NCBI RefSeq assembly: GCF_006345805.1
Contig: NC_042999.1
Coordinates: 157,108,001 to 157,172,000 of the forward strand
Reading direction: 5' to 3'
DNA length: 64,000 bases
Source: Octopus sinensis
Lineage: Eukaryota
Position 1 is the first letter of the stretch. Every line of letters begins with the position of its first letter. Shown here one piece after another: positions 39,319 to 51,389 of this stretch. The notes under the pieces are model-generated. The model did no database searches. It had not been told where the DNA came from and worked only from the letters and a program-made list of their open reading frames with translations. The position numbers and the translations under genes are program-made.

Positions 39319-39370
<52 letters not shown>

Positions 39371-39373
39371 TGC

Positions 39374-39768
39374 AGGAGTGGCTGTGTGGTAAGTAGCTTG
39401 CTAACCAACCACATGGTTCCGGGTTCAGTCCCACTGCGTGGCATCTTGGGCAAGTGTCTTCTGCTATAGCCCTGGGCCGACCAATGCCTTGTGAGTGGAT
39501 TTGGTAGACGGAACTGAAAGAAGCCTGTCGTATATATGTATATATATATATGGTTTGTTTTGTGTCTGTGTTTGTTCCCCTAGCATTGCTTGACAACCGA
39601 TGCTGGTGTGTTTACGTCCCCGTCACTTAGCGGTTCGGCAAAAAAGAGACCGATAGAATAAGTACTGGGCTTACAAAGAATAAGTCCCGGGGTCGAGTTG
39701 CTCGATTAAAGGCGGTGCTCCAGCATGGCCGCAGTCAAATGACTGAAACAAGTAAAAGAGTAAAAGAG
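39374..39768 (+). mobile_element. SINE family B
   Basis: Full-length homology. Confidence 0.85.
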
Positions 39769-39770
39769 AA

Positions 39771-39809
<39 letters not shown>

Positions 39810-39814
39810 AATAC

Positions 39815-39872
<58 letters not shown>

Positions 39873-39913
39873 CATATATAATATATATAATATAATATAT
39901 ATATATATATACA

Positions 39914-39985
<72 letters not shown>

Positions 39986-39997
39986 CATATATATATA

Positions 39998-40302
39998 TGG
40001 AGGCGTAATGGCCCAGTGGTTAGGGCAGCGGACTCGCGGCCGTAGGATCGCGGTTTCGATTCCCAGACTAGGCATTGTGAGTGTTTATTGAGTGAAAACA
40101 CCTAAAAGCTTCATGAGGTTCCAGCAGGGGTTGGTGATCTCTGCTGTACTCTTTCACCACTCTTTCTCCCACTCTTCCTTCTGTTGGCCTGCTCGCTTAG
40201 CCAGCAAGGTGGCATCATTCGAAGGCTAAAACAATGCGAATGCATTGTGACCAGCGATGTGTAACAACATCTGATGGTCTGGTCGGTCACGTGATCACAT
40301 GA
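39998..40302 (+). mobile_element. SINE with family-C head and different 3' tail
   Basis: Head/body as C, tail ...ggtctggtcggtcacgtgatcac. Confidence 0.8.
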
Positions 40303-40307
40303 TATAC

Positions 40308-40339
<32 letters not shown>

Positions 40340-40345
<6 letters not shown>

Positions 40346-41290
40346 GCGTGTGTGTATGGATCAAAACAGTTTGATTTAAATTCGTTTGTACTCTTGAGTT
40401 TCAAGCGTGATGTTAGTCATGAACCATTTTGAATTTGAATGACAGAAGTTGATTGTTATTACCGTAGGGTAGGCTGCAATTGGTCAAGGAAGATCATGTG
40501 GTGTTATAGTTTGATATTGGTACATGGGCAACAGTTAGTTGGAAAATACTGCATGGTGAACAGGAAATTGATCGCGTAGTGAACAGGAAATGGACTAGAA
40601 GTTAGTCAGGTTGTGGCGGTAGGAAGTAGGAAGTGGTGGCATATTTGAGTATATAGTTCTATATGTGGGTGTGTAGACATGCTCATGTAGATTCTCATGC
40701 ATGTGTATACTGATGCAAATGTGCACATCTGTACATGGGTGCACATGCACCTGTCTGCACACCCACACTTGTACAAGCACGTATGCGCACACACATGCAT
40801 ATTCATACATATGTACATATGTATATTTGCATGCATGTACACATGTATGCCCGTGTGCATGCACACACACATGTGCACTCGCATGCATGCATGCATGTGC
40901 AAATATACACATGCAAAGCAAGCATTGGAGATTGGTAAACATTGGGAATTGGTAAGTGTTTGCGGTTGGCATGTGTTGGGGTTGGTAAACGTTGGGGTCC
41001 TGCTCATGGGGCTGGTTGGTAGCGGCAACCTTGGTGCAGGTGGTGCTAAACTGATATATCCGGGTTGTCAGCAGTCAGAGGTCTGAAATTTGCCACAAGG
41101 GCATATCTCTGGTGACAGCTATACAATAAATCGTATTTCTTGTTGATGGATGCTGTTGATTATTGGAGGATATGCAGTTTTTCGCAGAGGCAGAGCTGAC
41201 AGTTGGGGGGCACTGGGTGAATATGGTGGCGCTCTATCAACAGTAGTCCACTTGATGCTGGATATATTTACATGCCGAAATCTACCCGTA
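40340..41290 (-). mobile_element. PLE 3' remnant (endonuclease C-terminus, Pro-rich/RY tract, decayed pLTR)
   Basis: Minus strand IKWTTVDRAPPYSPSAPNCQLCLCEKLHIL at ~41100-41270; ends at (CA)n(TA)n. Confidence 0.7.
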
Positions 41291-41342
41291 AATGATTGTT
41301 GGTTTTTTTAAAAACCATTAAAGATATTATTTACTCCTATTA

Positions 41343-41727
41343 TCTCTCTCTATATAAACGGCAGTTTGTCTGTGCGTTTTCTGTGTGTCTGTTTTCTCGT
41401 ACCCTCACTCTGACCACGGCTTTCAACCGATTCTGATGAAACTTGACACACACATAGCCCAATGTCATAATTCAAAACTAACGCAGCGAAAATTTTGAAA
41501 AGTTCCCCCAGTTCTGAAAAAAATCGATAAATTCGACATGGGGTCGAGAATCAGAAACCCAAACCACAGACCGTCTAGGGGACGCAACTCCACCTTTTTT
41601 AACTCTCAAAAAAAATTTACCATCATTTTTTTTCCATTTTTTTGCTATTTTTTGGCTATAACTCTCTAAAAATGCTTTATAGTTATTTCCCTTACAAACC
41701 TGAGCAACGCCGGGCGATACTGCTAGT
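41343..41727 (+). mobile_element. Helitron-like non-autonomous element, family H1
   Basis: 5' TC..TATATAAA, 3' GC-rich hairpin (gagcaacgccggg) then CTAG-T. Confidence 0.7.
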
Positions 41728-42035
41728 ATTATATATATATAAGTTGTGAGTTTTCATCAAGGTCACATACGTGTGAATGTTGTGTATTTGTGGGAGAGAG
41801 AGAGAGAGAAAGAGAGAAAGAGAGAGGTGGTGAGGAAGAGACAATCTCTGTATTTCCTAGTTAAATGTTACCATTTTTTTTGATATGTAAATCACACATA
41901 CCTATGAACACATGCGCAGATATGAATTCATGTCTGAGCCAGTGACTCTGTTACCTCAGACACCAAATGTTTCAGTCTATTACAATAAATTCTATTTAAT
42001 GCTAATCTATGTTGTACAATTTCTTTCATATTCAG

Positions 42036-42196
42036 ACTATTCTCAGAAAGATCGAGGCTTATAAAAACAGTGGCCAACTCGATGGTGCGTGGGCACTGAT
42101 TACTTATGGGGAATTCAACAGACCTATCACTGATATTTGTGTTAGAAGAAATGAATATGTGATTGACAATTCAAACAATGAAGAGGAACAATGCAA
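42036..42196 (+). CDS. Coding exon 3 of MH2-only gene (start of MH2 domain)
   Basis: tttctttcatattcag| ... |gtaagt. Only the phase-0 frame is open: TILRKIEAYKNSGQLDGAWALITYGEFNRPITDICVRRNEYVIDNSNNEEEQC. W-x2-I-x-Y-x-E-x-N matches the MH2 start (Smad1 WCSIVYYELNNRV). Confidence 0.8.
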
Positions 42197-42261
42197 GTAA
42201 GTACATATTAGATTTATGTGTAGCTGAAGCATGTACACATGCATATTTATTTATGTGTTAC

Positions 42262-42652
42262 AAGCAGTATCGCCCGGCATTGCTCGGGTTTGTAAGGGAA
42301 ATAACTATATAAGCATTTTTAGAGAGTTATAGCAAAAAAATAGCAAAAAAATGCATTAAAAATGGAAAAAATATGATGGTAAATTTTTTTTTAAATCATT
42401 GACTCATCGTAGACATTTTTAGAGAGTTACTTCCCTTTAAAAATTATGCATTAAAATGGAAAAAAAATTATGGTAAACTATTTAAAAAATCGTAGACTCA
42501 TCGCAGACGCGCGCTAATACCCAGATGGGCTCGATATGACTCACGACTATAAGATACCCAGTTTTGGTTAAACTGCACCGCAAAATGTGGGAGTAGTTAG
42601 GAATCTAAATCGGAGTAGACAGACACACAACTTGACTTTTATATATAAAGAT
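42262..42652 (-). mobile_element. Helitron-like element, family H2
   Basis: Shares ~90-bp 3' terminus with H1; different body; copy at 55619. Confidence 0.7.
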
Positions 42653-42819
42653 AAATGCTCTAAGCTTAGCTTAAATGCTTTATCATATTTCATAAACATC
42701 ACTTTTGTATAAATCACATGTTTCTGAAGAACACTTGGCAATTAAAAGCTGCTGAACATGAATCTGATCTTCATTTTTCACTATAACTCTGACATGGCTG
42801 AACATTGTTGAAAAACATA

Positions 42820-43028
42820 TACTCTTTACTCTCTCTTTTACTTGTTTCAGTCATTTGACTGCGGCCATGCTGGAGCACCGCCTTTAGTCGAGCAACTCGA
42901 CCCTGGGACTTATTCTTTTTGTAAGCCCAGTACTTATTCTATCGGTCTCTTTTTGCCGAACTGTTAAGTGACGGGGACGTAAACACACCAGCATCGGTTG
43001 TCAAGCAATGCTAGGGGAACAAACACAG

Positions 43029-43065
<37 letters not shown>

Positions 43066-43231
43066 CGACAGGCTTCTTTCAGTTTCCGTCTACCAAATCC
43101 ACTCACAAGGCATTGGTCGGCCCGGGGCTATAGCAGAAGACACTTGCCCAAGATGCCACGCAGTGGGACTGAACCTGGAACCATGTGGTTGGTTAGCAAG
43201 CTACTTACCACACAGCCACTCCTGCGCCTAT
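42820..43231 (-). mobile_element. SINE family B
   Basis: Full-length homology. Confidence 0.85.
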
Positions 43232-43406
43232 ATATAAGAAAATCTAACTTTCTATACCAAAGTTAATCAATACATTGTAATTTAATTTTCAAGCTGTTAT
43301 TGGTATACCCCTGATTGACTAAACCTAATTAAGGATGTTTGTAATTATGGTTTACTTGCAATTAATGGAATTTATCAATTAGAAAATTGTCTAACACCTG
43401 TATATA

Positions 43407-43571
43407 CCATAAATCCTCGAGTATAGTCCGCCCTTGAGTATAATACACAGGGGATTTTTAGGGGGTTGTACTTCTGAAAATCCTAAACCTTGTGTATAAT
43501 ACGCACCCCTTCTCTAACTTGAGTTGTGCGTAATTAAGCCAGCAGCACCTAGTCGAACAAACACTTCAGTG

Positions 43572-43605
<34 letters not shown>

Positions 43606-44273
43606 GTTTAACGTCCGTTTTCCATGCTAGCATGGGATGGACGGTTCGACCGGGGTCTGGGAAGCCAGGAGGCTGCACCAGGCTCCAATCTGATCTGGCA
43701 GTGTTTCTACAGCTGGATGCCCTTCCTAACACCAACCACTCCGTGAGTGTAGTGGGTGTTTTTTACGTGCCACTGGCACAGGTGCCAGGTGAGGCTGGCA
43801 ATGGCCACGATCGGTTGGTGCTTTTCACATGCCACCAGCACGGAAGCCAGTCAAGGTGGTGCTGGCATCGACCACGTATGGATGGTGCTTTTTACATGCC
43901 ACCGGCACAGGTGCCAGGGGAGGCTGGAAAAATGGTGATGTTCTTAACTGTTATGTGGGAATGAAATATGTTTGCAAATTGTTTTTGTTACATGTTATTC
44001 TGTGTTCTGAATACTTTTTATTTTAATAAATGTTGCTTACTGCAAGTTATGGATGATTCTTTTATGACTTCATTGCTTTCAGGCTTAGCTTGAGGTATTT
44101 TTGCGCCCGACATCACAAAATGCGTCTGAATAAACATTGCCGGACAGCAAATAGAGACTCAGACATTGCTTAGAAAATATTTTTCCTTTTTAACCTCGTA
44201 TATAGTTCGCACTAGGGATTTTGACCTTTAAATTTTTGGGGGAAAAGTGTGGATTATACTCGAGGATTTATGG
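43407..44273. mobile_element. pogo/Tigger-like non-autonomous element
   Basis: Perfect 19-bp TIR CCATAAATCCTCGAGTATA, TA flanks; contains an RTE-tail insertion. Confidence 0.8.
43575..43925 (-). mobile_element. RTE 3' UTR copy with gtggcac subunits
   Basis: (CAT)n cgtttaacgtccg... then several tttacgtgccac units. Confidence 0.85.
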
Positions 44274-45535
44274 TACTAAATTATGATGTATCATATGTGC
44301 AAGAATGATACATATGAAGAACTGACCACAATACAAACTTTACAGATTTATTATGCCCATTTTGGACATGTCAACAGTGACCAGGAAAGACTAACAAGTA
44401 TAATAGATAGTTTTCAACTTGAAAAGTGTTGATAAGATTTGGAGGAAACAAATGTATTAGAGATTATTTCTGCTCAACTAAGATAGAAAGACATACTCCT
44501 CATCCACCACCAAAAATAAAAGTATTTCTTACTCAAATTTTCTGCTTACTAGTTTTCCTGTCACACATTGAGCCGATAGCACCCTTGCTCCACAAAAAAA
44601 AAAAAAAAAACACCTTCATCTCTACAGGATAAGGATTTCCATGATAGATTTGAGTCATAACCAAAAGTAGGGTTGTGAATTCAAACCAGATAATGAATTT
44701 GAAAAGACAAATGCAATCAGTCACTCAACAAAATGTGGATGATTTTGCATATGATTTAAACAGTGAATTCTGGAATCATGCCAACAAAAGTGGAAGTTAC
44801 TGGCCATGATGACTTAGGTAACTTGCACTTGTTCCTACATTCTTCAAAATAGCTTTGATTTTGTATAAACATTTCTAAGATAATGACAATCACTTTTATA
44901 GATGCATCAAAGTTGTGCTGGTACATATTGGAAATATTTGCCACCAATACCATTTCAGTATCCAACAATGTTGAAGGAAAAGAATGAAATTCTCTCTCTC
45001 TCTCACACACACGCATTAAATATATTGAATTATAATCAGTATTAAATCACATATCTGAGCAGATTTAAAGGTTGTGGTTACCTTATAAAGGTTGCAACTC
45101 ACTTATTATATGAAGCACTGCTGTTCTTTATGTCTGTTACATTTTTAGACATATAATGAACAATAAGTATACAGAAGATGGCCTCTAAGTCAATTCCTTA
45201 AAGGTTGGTTCTTATAATATTAAATATCTCTCAAAGGACTACACCTCGTTACCTACTAAGTTAGGTTTTTCTCAAAGAGGTCATTAAACCTCTAGGTAAA
45301 GGTTAGCAAGCCTTTTACTTTCTCACAATACCAACTAACAAAGCCTTTCCAATGCCAAAAACAAAAAGGTAAGCTGATTTGTGATGAACAATTCCTTTAT
45401 TTTTAAACATCCTAAAACTACACGCCTGGGACCCCTTTAAAGATGGATTTCAAAGCTTTCTGGAGATAAAAAAAGATCACACAGATAAATTATCTGTATA
45501 ACGTTTTTCCTCTAGGCTGTGAAATAATTCTTTAA

Positions 45536-45756
45536 CCCTTTCGTTACTGAATTTATTTTGAGATGCTCAGTGTTTCTTCCAATTATTTTAAATATAACAA
45601 AGAATTAAGTAAAATAACATCGTTATGATTAAGCTAGAGTTAGGGATGTAAATTATGACTCAGGTTTGGTGGAAGATTTTAATTCAGAACTTTTGAAAAC
45701 CAGACATTTGTACTAAAGAGCCAGAGCTGGTTTCAGCCGGGTTGGTAACGAAAGGG
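45536..45756. mobile_element. piggyBac-like MITE (opposite orientation)
   Basis: TTAA flanks; reverse complement of 24024-24243. Confidence 0.8.
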
Positions 45757-46531
45757 TTAAAGAAGTTCCAGGCATTATGCTATATCTTGTTTAAAAAACT
45801 GAGGAAACAAGTCATCAAGAATTTAGGTCCTTGGGACATAAAATCTTACTAAAAACTCGCTTGTTTTCTGATTTTCCATGAAAAGCTTAGTAATGAAACA
45901 TCTACTATAATAATACTCTTATGTCTTTCTCCATTACAACATATGAATGAGAAAGGAAGGGGTGAAAAAAATCAAACAACTTTTCAACTCTGTGTGAGTA
46001 TATATGTGTATGTAAAAAGGGAGGTGTGTGAAGGTGTGTGTGTGTGTGTGTGTGTATGTGTGTGTGTAATGGAAGAGATGTCACATCTCAAAATGGTGAA
46101 CATTCGATGCTGAAAAAAATTAAACAGTGTTTCAACTCTGTGTGAGTATATGTGTATGTGTGTGTGTGTGTGTGTGTGTGTACAAGAGAAGTGTGTACAA
46201 GTGAATGTTTGAATGTCACATCTAAAAAATACAACCCTAGATAGCATTGAGAAGTGTATTAATTCGAATGACCATCCATATTCTTTTGTCCTTATTTATA
46301 TATGAAATACTACAATTGGTTATCATTTTTGACAGCGTGGGGCCAGCTAGTTAACATATAATACTGAATATTAAGTGGTCCCCAGCTTAAAGCAGGACTA
46401 AATACATGTTACCACATTTCCAACGAATGGAAAGAGAAGTTTCCATTCAGAAACTACTGAATAGAGATTCTATAGTTATGTTTAAGTGAGAGAGTAATAT
46501 AGAGGGAGACTGTGAGAGAGAAATATGTATA

Positions 46532-46698
46532 TAGGCGTAGGAGTGGCTGTGTGGTAAGTAGCTTGCTTACCAACCACATGGTTCCAGGTTCTATCCCACT
46601 GTGTGGCACCTTGGGCAAGTGTCTTCTACTATAGCCTCGGTTCGACCAAAGCCTTCTGAGTGGATTTGGTAGACAAAAACTGAAAGAAGCTCGTCGTA

Positions 46699-46740
<42 letters not shown>

Positions 46741-46940
46741 TGTGTGTCTGTGTTTGTCACCCCAACATCGCTTGAAAACTGATACTGGTGTGTTTACGTC
46801 CCCGTAACTAAGCAGTTCAGCAAAAGATACTGATAGAATAAGTACTAGGCTTACAAAGAATAAGTCCTGGAGTCAATTTGCTCGACTAAAGGCAGTGCTC
46901 CAGCATGCCCACAGTCAAATGACTGAAACAAGTAAAAGAG
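46532..46940 (+). mobile_element. SINE family B
   Basis: Full-length homology. Confidence 0.85.
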
Positions 46941-47590
46941 ATATATAGAGAGAGGGACTGTGAGAGAGAGGTATGTATATATAGAGAGAAGGACAAAGAG
47001 TGAGTGGCCGAATGCGAGTGTCAGCTGCCATAACCTATATATACCCCTGACTGCAATGCAAAATCTGCTCCTACCCGTCGGGAAGATTGTGACTGAGCAT
47101 ACAAAATGCTCAGTGGTAACAGTTGCATACTGTCCTTCTCTAATAGCCAACAGTTGCATACTGTCTTTCTCTTTTAGATTGTGAAAGCTTACCATAACGT
47201 TTAATCTAAATAAGGTGAAATTTTTTTATGGGCATATATGGGTTTAATGTAGTCTTTAACACTTTAGCATTTAAACCAGCCACATCCGGCCATAAGTATT
47301 CTGCCTGTTTTATGTTCAAAATGGCCAGATCTGGTCTCTCACACCAACCCTACAATATCATCTTAAAAATTAACAGCTACCTCATCAAAATCTCATAGCT
47401 ACAAGATAATGCCTGATTAGTACAAGGCAATGTGGATGAAAAAACCTTAATTTTGGTAGAATAATGCGAACAGTAAGGGTTAAGCCAGCTGGTAAGAAGT
47501 GGGTGATTGTTTCCAACTCTTCATGTTTGATAGTTCTGTCTGGCTGTGAACCTCAGCTGATATAGAATAGCAACTGGTATGAAAACATGA

Positions 47591-47770
47591 CTATTTCTTT
47601 ACTACCCACAAGGGGCTAAACACAGAGGAGACAAACAAGGACAGACAAACGGATTAAGTCGATTATATCGACCCCAGTGTGTAACTGGTACTTATTTAAT
47701 TGACCCCGAAAGGATGAAAGGCAAAGTTGACCTCGGCGGAATTTGAACTCAGAACGTAGTGGCAGACAAA
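47591..47770 (-). mobile_element. SINE family A (5'-truncated)
   Basis: Homology to 821-1051. Confidence 0.8.
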
Positions 47771-48270
47771 ACATGAAAACATGACTGCTTTCTGTTCTTC
47801 CTTCTCTTTACTCTTGTTTGTTGTCAACAGAACTTGCCTGTGAATGAATTCCTCAAGCTTCATAGCTTGACTGATTTTCAATCAAAACCTTTGATTTATA
47901 AGTCTAATGGTATTGTCATGAGGTACATTTTTGAAATTTATGGCTAGCTGTTTGTTGACAGTCAGCCAATGAATCTGATGTGCAGATGTTGAGTGTCATT
48001 GGTTAGTTTCCTCATGACATCAGTATACAATGTCAAGGATCTAGTTTTGTTCATGAAAATTTTCTTAAATAGAAAAATAAGTCAGGGTTCAAAATGAGAA
48101 GGCAAAGTTTAACCAAGACATTTATCACTGAAAAATATCAGGGCTCAGAATGCTTGCTGACCACTGTTTATCCCTTTCACATTCAGATTGCTGACTGTTA
48201 AATGTAATGCTTGTTTATTCACATTGTTTCTGAATTAACCAAGAATTGTCAATGATGTTATTGTTTATTT

Positions 48271-48697
48271 GGATCTTTTCGGTTTGAACGGCAGTTTTTA
48301 ACATAATTTCAAGGTAACTAAAAAATTTTAAACTTCGTATACTGGTAGAATGTGTTTATAAAACATCTTTTTCTCTTGGTTTTATTGAGAAAGTTCTATA
48401 GTTTGTAAGATATTTGTTGTTTTTTTTCTGCAATTTCTGCAATTTCAACCAATCAATGACCGTCTATTGAGTTAAAAAGCATTCTGTGCCGTATGAATAT
48501 GTCCCTCGTTTAAGAAACAGATTGGGTTTATTTACATTTGTGAAGAAAAAAGATACCCTTCCCCCCACCCCTAACCCTAACTAACCCTAACCCTAAAACA
48601 GATTGAAATGCAATAGATCGATACTAGGGTCATAATTATGAGTGACAATTCCATATGACACCGCTAGAAAAAACTGCCGTTCAAACCGAAAAGATCC
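48271..48697. mobile_element. MITE with GG...CC termini, 8-bp TSD and internal (TTAGGG)n (Merlin-like)
   Basis: TIR GGATCTTTTCGGTTTGAACGGCAGTTTT; TSD GTTTATTT. Confidence 0.75.
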
Positions 48698-48993
48698 GTT
48701 TATTTTTAAAATGACACTGTGGGATAGGTGTAAGAGACCAAATCTGGCCAGTTTGAACATAAAACAAATACAATATTTTGGCCAGATAGGGGCCAGTTTA
48801 AATGTTAAATATGCAAACATAACACCTAAGACCTTCAGTCAGAACACAAAACACTGTAGATGTGATAAAATACATGTATACATATATACATACATACACG
48901 CACACACAAACATACACACATAAAGAGAGAGAGAGGGAGGGAGAAATCGATATAGATAGATAAATAAATAGGCAGTAAGACAGTCAGATAATA

Positions 48994-49124
48994 TATTTCT
49001 TTACTGCCCACAGGGGGCTAAATATAGAGGGGACAAACAAGGACAGACAAAGGGATTAAGTCGATAACATGGACACCAGTGCAAAACTGGTACTTTATTT
49101 ATCGACCCTGAAAGGATGAAAGGC
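48994..49124 (-). mobile_element. SINE family A (3' part)
   Basis: Homology to 821-1051. Confidence 0.7.
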
Positions 49125-49964
49125 TAGAAGTTTGTGTGTGTATGTGTGTTGTGTGTGTGTGTGTGTGTATGTGTGTGTGTGTGTGTGTCTATCTATGTAC
49201 AGAGGGGCAGAAAAAGATATACCATTAGTTTTTAAGGTGTTGTATTTTAGAATCATCACAGCAGAGTGCTGTGATGATTCTAAAACACAACAGGCTGTAA
49301 GTGACTATGTTTGATTTTTGCAGATAATAATGGTGCATAGATTATGAATTTTGATTGACGAGATGGGGCCCCGAAACAAACAGTTGCAGGGGGCCTCTAA
49401 AAGTCATGCGACACTTCTGTTTTATCTATCATTATGGAATGTTATACAACTGATGATGACTCGCTAGTTTCCCAATTCAATATATCATAACGAATCTTTC
49501 ATTCTTTCTCTCTTTCTGTCTCTGTACATATAAACACACAAACACACACACGTATATATATATACATATATATATATGTAAACAAAGTAGCTAGTTAGAA
49601 AATCTCTTTAAAAGATGAAAGTAGTAACAATACTGACAAGTAATGCTTGTTACCACATCAACATGGTGTCCAGCATGAAGTATGGGCAAAAGTAGCCCAA
49701 AACCAGGCAGTCTGCTGATCCTGTCAAATTGTTAGAAAATGGTAGGGGTTCACTCCTTTACTTGCAATATATGAGGTCTGCTCAATAAATATTCTGACTG
49801 TTGCCATAGTAATAAAGTTAAAGCATGCAGAGTGAAGCCACATGGTATGCTTATATATATATAATATGAGGGAATATTATTCCAAACTTACAGGGAAAAA
49901 TTCAATTTAGAAATACTAAATCAAATTTCACCAAAATATAATATATATATACATATATGTATAT

Positions 49965-50492
49965 ATATATAAATTAGAAAAAAAACACCTTTTATCAATT
50001 CAATAATGAAAAATTAAATTGTACCATTTAGAAAAATTACATATTATAGAAAGATTAAATATAAGATAAGATATATAACAATGATTAAGTAATGTGCAAA
50101 ATAATAAATAAAACGTATATAGTTGGTAGAAAAATGACACGTGTTTCGTGGCAATATTTAAGAAATGATAATAATAATAATAATAGTAAAATCACTTCAA
50201 TATAAATATAGCCACTCTTCAGGTTAAAGATAAAAACAATAAAATAATTAATTAGATAAATTAACAGATATACGTAAATAATCTTGTAAAATACGAAATA
50301 TCTTAACAAATATATTTTTGTTTAAATAAAAGAATATGTTTTATTTATTATTTTGCACATTACTTAATCATTGTTATATGTTTTATCGTATATTTAATCT
50401 TTCTATAATATGTAATTTTTCTAAATGGTATAATTTAAATTTTCATTATTGAATTGATAAAAGGTGTTTTTTCTCTAATTTATATATATATA
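49965..50492. mobile_element. Foldback element with canonical hammerhead core in spacer (50136-50222, - strand)
   Basis: ~160-bp inverted arms (49965-50128 / 50336-50492); CTGAAGA-GTGGC..58 nt..GCCAC-GAAA-C ACGT GTC; TA-repeat flanks. Confidence 0.65.
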
Positions 50493-50679
50493 TGAGTTCA
50501 GTAAAAAATTTAGATTCAGATGAATATAGCACTTAAGTTGAGGCACCAGAATTTAGTATGGTATTATCCATACAATTTCAAAATAAGGTGATTAAAATCA
50601 AAATAAGCAACAAGGATATCCAGAGGTAATGCAGTACGATCGTTTCATGTGACTCCATTTAATTGAACAATGCAAACAT

Positions 50680-51383
50680 TTCATTACACCAATTTAAAAT
50701 GTAGAGCAATTTAATTAAATTAGAAGGATACATTAGTATATGTCACTGATTTTTCAGTTATTTTGTTTTATTATGGGGTCAGTTTTAATTTATAGACTAG
50801 TTTATCAAATCCTTTGTTTATTTAAGGCTGAGAGAAGACAGAGGGTAGTCTCAGCTTGGGTGGGGTAGAGGTGGTGGAGTAGACAGACATTCTAAATGGT
50901 ATAGTCATAAAATCAAGATTTATTTGAAGCAATGTCATGAGGTTTAGTAAGAGAGTACTTAAAACAACATCCTGTTTGTGGTATTCTCTTACTAAACCTC
51001 ATGAAATTGCTTCAAATAAATCTTGATTTTATGACTATACCATTTAGAATGTCTGTCTACTCCACCAACTCTACCCCACCCCAAGCTGATACTACCCTCT
51101 GTCTTCTCTCAGCCTTAAATATACAAAGGATTTGATAAACTAGTCTATAAATTAAAACTGACCCCATATGCCCCCCGCCCCACCGTATATAAAACTAAAT
51201 AACTGAAAAATCAGTGACAGTCAGTGTCTTCTTGAAAAAAATTTCAGTTACAACTGTAATGTTGTTGGTAAAACATGTTCTTTGTCTATCTCCTTATGCT
51301 CTTGGAGATTTGGGGTAAAATTATACTAATGTGTCCTTCTAATTTAATTAAATTACTCTACATTTTAAATTGATGTAATGAAA
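50680..51383. repeat. ~700-bp nested foldback
   Basis: Inner arms 50741-50958 / 50981-51219, outer arms 50680-50740 / 51322-51383. Confidence 0.9.
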
Positions 51384-51389
51384 TGATTG

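Larger units (their letters stand above)
33886..39320 (+). mobile_element. RTE-clade LINE, slightly 5'-truncated, long tandem-repeat 3' UTR, (ATG)n tail
   Basis: APE + RT frame, 3' UTR ending ...gcggacgttaa(atg)n at 39301-39319; (TA)n on both flanks. Confidence 0.92.

Noticed and set aside
48575-48597. Telomere or telomere-fusion relic (CCCTAA)n / (TTAGGG)n
   Set aside because: Only 3-4 units, internal to a TIR-bounded MITE present twice.
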